In this document: positions 1-64,000 of the stretch, in pieces
How positions within the stretch are numbered: the first letter of the stretch is position 1
How the letters are laid out: every line of letters starts with the position of its first letter
DNA from: the human T2T-CHM13v2.0 reference genome, Homo sapiens
NCBI RefSeq assembly: GCF_009914755.1
Contig: NC_060943.1
DNA: 64,000 nt
Reading direction: 5' to 3' (one strand)
The notes under the pieces: model-generated
Databases searched by the model: none
What the model saw: the letters and a program-made list of their open reading frames with translations, nothing else
Told to the model about the DNA's origin: nothing
Program-made: the position numbers and the translations under genes

Positions 1-625
1 CTAAGATTCTAGATCAGATGCTCCAAGATTCTAGATGATTAAATAAGATTCTAACGGTCTGTTCTGTTTCAAGGCACTCTAGATTCCATTGGTCCAAGAT
101 TCCGGATCCTAAGCATCTAAGTTATAAGACTCTCACACTCAGTTGTGACTAACTAGACACCAAAGTTCTAATAATTTCTAATGTTGGACACCTTTAGGTT
201 CTTTGCTGCATTCTGCCTCTCTAGGACCATGGTTAAGAGTCCAAGAATCCACATTTCTAAAATCTTATAGTTCTAGGCACTGTAGTTCTAAGACTCAAAT
301 GTTCTAAGTTTCTAAGATTCTAAAGGTCCACAGGTCTAGACTATTAGGTGCAATTTCAAGGTTCTAACCCTATACTGTAGTATTCTTTGGGGTGCCCCTC
401 TCCTTCTTAGCTATCATTGCTTCCTCCTCCCCAACTGTGGGGGTGTGCCCCCTTCAAGCCTGTGCAATGCATTAGGGATGCCTCCTTTCCCGCAGGGGAT
501 GGACGATCTCCCACCTTTCGGGCCATGTTGCCCCCGTGAGCCAATCCCTCACCTTCTGAGTACAGAGTGTGGACTCTGGTGCCTCCAGAGGGGCTCAGGT
601 CACATAAAACTTTGTATATCAACGA
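1..625 (+). other. AXL: Distal 3' UTR of the upstream gene, AXL receptor tyrosine kinase
   Basis: No coding signal. Ends in variant PAS CATAAA (603-608) followed by a U/GU-rich tract (~629-650). Identity rests on the recalled order AXL-HNRNPUL1-CCDC97-TGFB1 and recalled mRNA end. Confidence 0.7.
603..608 (+). terminator. Non-canonical polyadenylation signal CATAAA (AXL)
   Basis: cacataaaactttgtatatcaacga followed by a pyrimidine/GU-rich downstream element. Confidence 0.6.
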
Positions 626-849
626 GCTTCTGTCTCCTCTTGTCTCCTTTTAGCTGTGATGTGGCCCCATTCCCTGGCAATTCAGTTCCCCCATCAGAAA
701 AAAGAAGGGCTTGGTAGGGTCTTGGAATTCTGTCCTCACTAGAGAGGGTAGAAATGAACACACAGATAGACAAAAAGACATACAAGCAAAGAGATGCAGG
801 TTCTCAGAAACCCCCAGTGAGGAACTGGCATACAGATCCAGGATCACAG

Positions 850-871
850 ACACACACACACACACACACAC
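850..871. repeat. (CA)n microsatellite
   Basis: About 11 uninterrupted CA units inside an AC/AG-rich low-complexity stretch (~760-1150). Confidence 0.95.
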
Positions 872-1149
872 CTGTTCCGCCGCAAACTAACAGACACATG
901 AATTAATGGACACACCCAGGAGGACCTGGTCACAAATACAGAGACTGAAACTCAGACGCATAGAGTAACACAGACACACAGAATTACACAGACACAAGCA
1001 TATTTACAAACATGCTCAGGCAGATACCCGCCACGAATAGGAAGAGACACAGACCTAGAGTCAAGTGACACAAATACTCAAGAGACATGTAGAGTACAAC
1101 AGGTACTCACAACCCCGAACGTTCAGACTGACATAGAAACACAGGCACA

Positions 1150-1938
<789 letters not shown>

Positions 1939-2549
1939 AACTGGATGCGTCTGATCTGACGCACGCCTGTTTGTTTACGACTGCGGGGTGTGCCTTTGTC
2001 TGAGTAGAGATAGTGTGTGGCTTTTGCGGGCTTAACGTGTGGCTCAGGAGGCAGTGGGAGTCTGCATCATGTATCCCGATTGCGTCTTACTCGAGTTTTG
2101 TTTTGAGTTAGAGGCGACAGGTGGTGCAGCGTTAGACACTGGGAAGCTCTGTGGCTTTTGTATTCCTGAGCGCGAAGGTTAATGACGGATCCGTGGGGTT
2201 GAGCTTGTCGGTACAGACGCCAGACAGCCCGATTTACGGGAACAGCCGATTAGAGGATTCGGGAGAGCGGTCGGTGAACTTCTGGATGTCTTTCGGGAGG
2301 GGAAGGCTCTATGGTCGCGTGCAGAGCGCCCGTTCCACGTCAGGTACCCGACCATAGAGCAAGGCGGCCGCGGACTACCCAAGGGAAGGGGAGGCCGTGT
2401 CCTTTACAACTTGCCTCCCGTTGTTAGTCTAGTTTCTATAGCCAAACCTTCGGGACTCTCTCAACTCAAAATTTTGCTTTTCCTAAAGGCAACTGGGTTC
2501 CTTCCAGATTACGAACTGTGTATCCACTTAATCTCTATTTCGTATACCT

Positions 2550-3363
2550 CCTCCTACAGCGAAATTTGTGAGGCAGTCCTCTGAAGCACGGCCAATCTGG
2601 TGAACTTTTCCTAAAATGAGCCATCGCTACCAGCTTTAGTGAGCTAAGACAATAACTGCGATTGGTGGGCAGATTGTTTTGAAACCGCCCTAACGGCAAG
2701 GGGCGGGCTCCTGGTGAATTCATCTCTTTCCGGTTTCTTAAAGGCAACAGGAAGGAGGGGTTTCTGCCGACCCTCCATTTGATTGGTTCTAGTGGTTTTA
2801 CCCGCTCGGACTCCTCAAGGGGCGGGAGATGTACACCAATCGGAATGTGTGTTACAGAGACACTTAGTTTGATGAAAGGACTGCGCAGGAAAGGCCGTGG
2901 GACACTCATTCTGAGATCTTACCGTTGATTGGACCAAATTGTTACTCCCTTATTTTCATTGGACCTTACGGCAGCCGGCGCGCGAGAGTTACCCAATCAG
3001 CAAGCGCTCCGCCTCCTGCCTTTTCCCGCCCTCCGCTCCGGCCTCGGCTTCGACGTAGGCCAACGCTTCCTCCCCAGTAGCTCCTAGGCCTTCTCGTGGC
3101 CGTTGTTTTGAAAACGGCGCTCTGATTGGCTAGGTTTCCGGGCCCGCGCCCGTTGCCCCACGCACTGACCAATTGGCACTCATGTAACATCGGACGAGGC
3201 ACGAGTGAGGGGGGAGGCGGTGGCGGCGGCCATTTTGAGCCGCTGCCGCCATTGGAGTGGGCCCCCCCCCTTTCCCCCTTCGCCTCCTGACAGGAAAGGT
3301 TTAAGGGGGACAGAGCCCTGGGAGGCCGGGCCGGGCTCGGGGGCCACCCCGGGGGCCCGGGCC
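2550..3363 (+). promoter_or_regulatory. HNRNPUL1: Main HNRNPUL1 CpG-island promoter and 5' UTR (CCAAT-rich, E2F, YY1, TATA-less)
   Basis: About ten CCAAT/ATTGG boxes (2592-3255), TTTCCCGC 3022-3029, GCGGCCATTTTG 3226-3237, high CpG density continuing to ~4100. Confidence 0.8.
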
Positions 3364-45423
<42,060 letters not shown>

Positions 45424-46530
45424 CCAGTGTGACCCAGAGGCTCCCGGAGGCCCCTGCCGGCTTCCTCCACCAGCGCCTGCCTCGGCCCCTCCTCTGCCCC
45501 CGCCAGATCCCGTGGTGCTGGGGATGGGGTCATCCCAGGGCTGCCTCCCTCCAGCCCACTGCCTCCCCTCTGAGGGGCTTCCTTCCCCTCCATAGGGCCA
45601 GGCATTTTTTTCTGGATTCAAACAGGCAACAATGACCTTTTATTTTCTGTTTGTCCCCACCTCCCCAGCCTTCCACCTCCTGTTCTTCCTACCTTCTTCC
45701 TTTTTGACTAAATAATCCCCACCTCCCTTGATCATACAGTGAGGCTACAGTGACTGAGGGGAGAATCCCCTCCTGTTCACTCTCCCAACCCTGCTCCAGC
45801 CCCTCAGCTTCCCAGACCCTCATGCAGTTGGTTGTAAATTCTCCCAGGAGCTGTTTTACTGTCTACTTTTCAGGATTAAAAAAAAAATCAAAACTTAAAA
45901 AAAAAAAAGTTTAAAAAGCAAAATGGGGAGGGGGAGGAAGCAGTGACTTTTTTTTGGTAATTATGCGCTTTTTTTTAATTTTTAGAATTTGTCTTTTTAC
46001 TGTGGGTGGGCTGTTGATATTTCATCAAGATAAGCATTTCTTTCCTGAGTTCAGGTGACTGAGGAAGAGCCACAAAACAAAACACAACAAAACCAAACCA
46101 CAGAATCATCTTTAACCCAACTTTTTATACGATGCCCCAGTTCCCCATAACTTTGCACACAAGCTTCTGTGTTCAGTTGAATTGTAACTGCTTTTTGTAT
46201 TTGGAGAGAGTGACTATTGAACTTGAAACCTTTTATTCCGGGCGTCTTGGTAGTTTCTGGTGGGATTCAGTGGGTGAGAGGGAAGAAGGGGAGGTTGGGG
46301 GGCTCCTTCCCTTCAGAACTTGAAGTTTCTCCCACTGCCTCCTCTCCAGTGGTCTCCCAGGTGCCAGACCCAAAAGCTTTTCCTACAGTGATACCCTTTA
46401 TTTTTACTTCCCCTTGACTCATATGTTTTAACATGATTTTAACAAACTGCACTTATTAAGAAATGTGTTTGCCCTGTTTTGTTTGGTTTCGTTTTGTTTT
46501 CTTTGAATAAATGACATGGCACCTCCTAGC
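45424..46530 (+). other. HNRNPUL1: HNRNPUL1 3' UTR
   Basis: Runs from the stop codon to just past AATAAA at 46506; free of interspersed repeats, U/A-rich. Confidence 0.8.
46506..46511 (+). terminator. Canonical polyadenylation signal AATAAA (HNRNPUL1)
   Basis: Preceded by a U-rich upstream element (46475-46504). Confidence 0.85.
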
Positions 46531-47540
46531 AGGAAGGAAGCAGGGTTGAAACCCTGAAGTGTTACTGCAGTTGGCCGTTAATTGGGGTGGGGGCCTCTTT
46601 AAAGGGAAATTATTTACTCATTCATTAAACAACTTAACTGAGGGATTCATGTGCCTGGCCCCGATTTTGGTGCTAAAAATGCACGCTTAAACAAGGGTCC
46701 CTGGTTTAAAATCCACTAGTTCATTTTTAAAGTGCTTCTCTTGTTCTCTACCTCTCACAGTCTAAAATCCCTCCAGGAGTTTTTGAGTAAAGGACATGGA
46801 ACAGGCCTCTAGGTGGAAGGATGGGTGGGACTGATGGGGCAGAGACCAGGGCTGGTTTGTTTGGCATCATCACTGGGCATCCACAGACCACCTGCCTCAG
46901 GCCTGGCCTGTGTGCAGCACGGAGGACAGTTCCTGCCTGTTCTGTGTTTGGGGCTCATGGGGATTCCAGGAGCTTCATGTTTCAGCCAGTGTGTGTGAGC
47001 CACCTGCTGTGTTCTTCAGCTGTCCTGGACAGTGCTGGGGACATAGTATGGCCACGGCAGTCCTGGACCCCGTTCTCACAGAGCTCCCACTCCAGAGAGA
47101 ACAAAGACCTGCCAGCACCAAGTGGTCAGCTGTGAGAGCCTGGGGTGGTGTGCAGGGAGGGCTTCCTGGAGGAGTGAGCCAGGGTAAAAGACTCCAGATT
47201 GCATCCCCATGGCCCATCTTCCCCTTCCTTAGCAACCTTATGTCTTCGTTCCCTCATACATGCTGTGTTCCTGGCTCCTTGTGAGAGACAATGCTGGGCC
47301 ACAGGAGAAGCCAATTCAGCCCCAATCTTCCCTGGTGGGAGCTCAGAGCCTTGTGAAGGGGAGATGGGCAACAAAAACAAGGGAGGGAAACTGACTAGTC
47401 TCAGAATCTCGGGTAGGGCATCAGAACGTGAGAAGGAACCAAGGTTGGTGGCTAAAAGGGACCCTAGAATGCGCCAGAGAGGAGGTGGCAGGGCCTTTAG
47501 TCTGGAAAGTCCCCTTCCCTTCATGTCCATATGCTGGGCT

Positions 47541-47559
47541 ACAGCGCCCTCTGCTGGCC
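47541..47559 (-). promoter_or_regulatory. CTCF-consensus motif between HNRNPUL1 and CCDC97
   Basis: Minus strand reads GGCCAGCAGAGGGCGCTGT, matching the core CCASYAGRKGGCRS. Confidence 0.65.
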
Positions 47560-48407
47560 TCTCCTGGTAATGCCTAGGAATCTGGGTTGGTAAATAGGGA
47601 CCTCCTTGGCTTTCTTCCACAACTCCAGACCTCAAGGGAATGCAAATGGGGAAGCTCTTCCTCTGTTCTCAGCCAGTTTTTCTCACACGTCTCATCTCCA
47701 GTCCCTTGATGCCCACTCCCTTCAGAATAAAGGAGGTCAAGCCACTTACTATGGCTTATGAGGCCCTGCATGGCCTAGCACCTGGTAACATCGCTGGCGC
47801 CCTCTCTTTCTGCTCCCCCTTTGAATATCAAATCAGTGTTTATTTTGTTCTGAGGAGCCATAAGTCCTTTTTGGAACCCACAAATGATGCCATGAACCAC
47901 TGCATTGGAGAATACAGAGGTACATGGAATTTTGCATAAAAATTCATGAGGTTCTCAAAACCTCCACAGCCCAATCATGGCTTTCAAGTTAGAGCTCCTT
48001 TCCTATGCCCTGACCGTAGTGAAGTGCTTGCAGCAACCAGAACCGTCCGTACGTGCCATCCTCCTCAAGACTCTTCCCTACCTTCCTCTTAACCCAGCTC
48101 CTACTCGTTCTTCAGGTCTTAGCTTGAGGGTACCCTCCCAGAAAGAAGGCTTCCTTGACCCTCCAGCCTGGGGTGGACAGCTCCCTCAGCCCTCTGGATC
48201 CATCAAAGCCCTGGCCACTGAGTGACATGTCTGTCTACTCTGCTGGTAACACCTAAATAGAGCCCCACCCATCCCATAGGGAAATAAGGACCAGAGTTGT
48301 CTTGTTTCACACCTGTAGATTTCCTCCAGGTCCTGGGAACACAAAATGGGAAGTTCTATCTCACTATCCATCTCATGCCAGCCAGAGACAGGGTATGATG
48401 ACGGAAG

Positions 48408-48712
48408 TAAGCCAGGCTGGTGGCTCACGCGCGTAATCCCAGCATTTTGAGAGGCTGAAGCGGGAGGATTGCTTGAGGCCAGGAGTTGGGGACTAGCCTG
48501 GGCAACAAAGTGGGACCCCTGGCTCTACAAAAAAATTTTAAAAATTAGCCGGGCGCGGTTGTGCGCGCCTGTAGTCCCAAGTACTCCAAAGGCTGAGGCA
48601 GGAGGATCACTTGAGCACAGGAATGTGAGGTTACTTGAACTGTGATCGCGCCACTGCATTCGTCTAGGCGACAAAGCGAGACCCTGTCTCAAAAAAAAAA
48701 AAAAAAAAAAAG
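48408..48712 (+). mobile_element. AluJ-like upstream of the CCDC97 promoter
   Basis: Consensus match, A tail. Confidence 0.92.
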
Positions 48713-48769
48713 AGTCAAGGCTTAGTAATATTCCTGAATTCCTGAAGGAGTTAAGAAAGGAAAAGGACA

Positions 48770-49169
48770 AGCGGGGGTCTAAACGAGAGCACGAACCCTC
48801 AGCGTATGACGGCTCCAGGCTCCGGGGGAAAGTCCTTTAGCCATCCATCCCAAAATTAAGCACGCTGGGAGCTGGAGTCACAGCAGTGATAAAACGAACA
48901 ATGATTCTGGTTCCTACTGACTGACAGGAGAGGTTTAAGGGTCTCTCACTCTCCGGGGAGCCCCTTTCCTTCCTGGCTGCGGAGGGCGGAGCCCGAGAGA
49001 GGCACGCATGCGCAATGCAACGTCTGCCTTAGGCCCGGAACTTCGGTGCCTGGGCGCAGCGGTGCACCCGGACCCGGAACATTCTCAGGCGAAAGTGTCT
49101 CTTGCGTGCGTGGGCCGGAGGTTAGTGTGCGGGGCCCGCCGGGCGGTTGAAAAGTCCGAGAGAATCAGG
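48770..49169 (+). promoter_or_regulatory. CCDC97: CCDC97 CpG-island promoter and 5' UTR
   Basis: CpG-rich; GC box GGGCGG ~48985; NRF1-like ACGCATGCGCA 49004-49014; CCGGAA cores. Confidence 0.75.
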
Positions 49170-61573
<12,404 letters not shown>

Positions 61574-63735
61574 TGGCCGCCACCCTTCCCACCGCCTGCC
61601 CCATCCCCATCCCCAACAAGGCAGCTGATTCCAGGCCTGCTCAGTGACCCTTTCTCTAGGGGGACATCAGGGCAGTGCCCCACAACCCACACACACCACC
61701 ATCTCACTGGGTCTAGTCTCATCTCAGACAACCCCCACCCCCACTGTTTCTGGGGTTCCCTTTCTCATCTCTCCCACCCTGTCTCCTGCCTCTGTCTTTC
61801 TTGGTGTCTGTCTGGGCTTCTTTCTGTCTCTTTCTGTCTTTCTGTCTCTCTCCCTACCCCCGCTCCCTCTTTCCAGTGCTCTGGCTGGCTGTCTCTCCCT
61901 TTCTCCCCCTCTCTCTCTGCCTTAGGCTCTGTCTCCACCGCAGGGCCCAAGGTGAAAGTCCTCCCCTTGCCGGAGGCCAGCTGGCAGGGCCTTTCGTGGC
62001 TGGAAGTGGCCAGTTTGGTTCCGGTGCTGACCCCTAGGCCCCAGCGCAGCTGCCTCCCGTGCTGTCTGTCTCCCCCTCTCTGTTTATGTCTGCGCTGTGT
62101 CTCACACTCAGAGCCTCCTTGCTTCTGTTAGGTTCCCATCTCTCCTTCTGCCTCACTCTGGGCCTCTTCTTTCTACTTGTACATTTCCACCTCTCTAGGC
62201 CTCTGCTCTCACTGTCCCTCTCTGTCTGTCTCTCAGCCTTTATCTCTGGGTTTTGATCCCCCACTCCAGGCTCTGGGCCCCTTCTTCCCCCTTCCCTCAA
62301 ACCTGGCTGCTATAGGCAGCAGAACCCTGACCACTGAGTAATACAGCCCCAGGGGAGGGAGGAGACCCCAGGCAGGGAGGATGGGGGCAGCTCTCTTCTC
62401 TCCCCAGGACCCAGGCTGTGGATCACGGGGCCTGCCAGCTTGAGTGTAGAGGGAGGGGGGACTCTACCCTTCTCAGCCCCACCAGCCCCCCTCTGCCCAA
62501 CCACAATTTTCCCTTCCTCCGCCTTCCTCTCCCTCTCCTGTTTACACTCCCCAAATGCGCACAGGCTGTTATCATGGGTCCTGAGTCATCCCACACACAG
62601 CCTGCCCCAGCGTCCCTGCCCCCAGCTGGCCGCAGGGCCCGCCCCATGGAGCCCCCTGCCGCCCTGGGCTAATGGGAGCCAGATGGCCGCCTGGTGACTC
62701 AGCCACCGGGCCTGTGGGAACCCAGGCGTCCCGCCTTCCCATGCCCCCACACCCGGCTCCTGCTCCCCCAGCAGACACACACAGGAGGGCCTGGCCACTG
62801 TTGAGGGGGCACACAGGGCAAGGGTCACCAAGTCGGGGCCTAGGGACTCCTCATGCCTCTGAGATGGAATGGTGGTATCCTGCCGTGGCCAAGCCTGAAG
62901 GACCCTCAAAACTGCCTCCTGGAGTCCACGGTTCCTGACCTCCGAGCCTCAGCTATGCCCTCTGGGTCAACCAGAATTAGAGCCAGACAGGGAAAGTGAG
63001 AGCTGGATGGAGGCAGACAAGATGCTCAGAGCGACTATTAAAGAACGAAAGCCTCTGCTACGGAGCGCTTCTGTCCTCTGTCAGGCCCGAGCGAAGTGCC
63101 TGACACCGGGTTGGATCCTCAGATGGCCCCATGAACTAGTGAAGTGGGTCAAAGGAGGCCTGGAAAGATGTTGCTTCCTCAAGGCCACTCGGCCATCAGA
63201 GGCAGAAATGAAACAGGAACCCAGGCCTAGAATCACAAAGGTCCTAGAAACCACTTGGCTGTCTGGCCTCTCAGGTGTCAGGGCCATCCAGAGTGAGACA
63301 GCATTGGAGGGACAAGTGTGCATGCAGATGTCCTCAGACGGGAAGGTTTGAGAAGGGTCAGATGGTAGGCGGGCCTAACAAGGGCTCCGTGCTAGCCACT
63401 GTCCCGCACACAGACAGGATCAGGTCATCTTGATATGGAGATCAGTCCCCAAATCACTGAATTGTCCCAGCAGTGCTATGCCCTAGGTACTACCAATATC
63501 ACTCCTCTATTTCCCAGAGGAGGAAGCAGCAGCTAGACTCCAGGACCTTGGGGTCATATCTCTCAGAAAGCCAAGAGTGCAGGATGAGAGCTGTCTGTCT
63601 CTTACCTGCCTGTATTTGTGCCCCATTTTTAAAGAGCAGAGGGCCTGGGCCACAGGAAAGGTATCAGCCCTTGGTGATAGGCACATTTTTTACCAGTCTA
63701 TCATTTGGTCATTAAATTTGTTTACAATATACTTT
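61574..63735 (+). other. CCDC97: CCDC97 3' UTR (~2.1 kb) with long CT-rich tract ~61740-62300
   Basis: From the stop codon to ATTAAA 63711-63716, followed by a GU-rich element. Confidence 0.7.
63711..63716 (+). terminator. Polyadenylation signal ATTAAA (CCDC97)
   Basis: Followed ~30 nt later by tttgttgtgtaggttttt. Confidence 0.7.
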
Positions 63736-64000
63736 GCTATACGTAAATTTGTTGTGTAGGTTTTTAAAAAGCGATGAGAGACACAGAAATTGAGTCAGAA
63801 TTAGGGTTAGTCAGATGGTCAAGACGTGAGCATCTAGCTGACAGACAGAGGTGGAGCCAGTCCCAGGGACAGGGATTAGATGGGGAGACAGGAAGAGAGG
63901 TGGAGACAGAGTGGGGTAGGGATGACGGGAGACACACCCCCTGGTCACTGCCTCTGAGACCTGGGGGTGGTGGGCCCCAGGGCGGGTGCCTCCCATCCCC

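Noticed and set aside
3205-3363. 53-codon in-frame GTG-initiated N-terminal extension of HNRNPUL1
   Set aside because: Poor context (cgaGTGa), probably at or before the TSS; stop-free by GC content
45875-45910. Proximal ATTAAA polyadenylation signal in the HNRNPUL1 UTR
   Set aside because: Embedded in genomic A-runs; apparent 3' ends here would likely be internal priming
63740-64000. TGFB1 exons
   Set aside because: No TGF-beta coding sequence is visible; the gene should lie beyond the window

Overview
Human genomic DNA, recognisable as chr19q13.2. Three genes lie in tandem on the + strand. First is the 3'-UTR end of AXL (1-~625), assigned mainly from recalled gene order. Next is the complete 15-coding-exon HNRNPUL1 (E1B-AP5) gene; its CDS (3364-45423) assembles to 2571 nt = 856 aa with every GT-AG junction in phase. 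Last is the complete 5-exon CCDC97 gene; its CDS (49170-61573) is 1032 nt = 343 aa, with a 3' UTR to ~63735. Introns are dense in Alus and also carry a fragmented Tigger2 DNA transposon, a 7SL retropseudogene, and L1/L2/MIR/MLT1 remnants. Most ORF-track entries are Alu or GC-rich shadow ORFs. I see no new genetic system. The best leads are isoform-control signals read directly from the sequence: an RBFOX-motif minisatellite ahead of an in-frame-skippable CCDC97 exon, a poison-type alternative donor in an Alu-free HNRNPUL1 intron, an Alu reading frame continuous with the RGG exon, and three in-frame acceptors tuning the prion-like tail. Retroelement history adds a pristine AluYa5, twin Alus with shared private mutations, and serial insertions at one target site. 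Repeat family names come from remembered consensus sequences and need RepeatMasker/Dfam confirmation.
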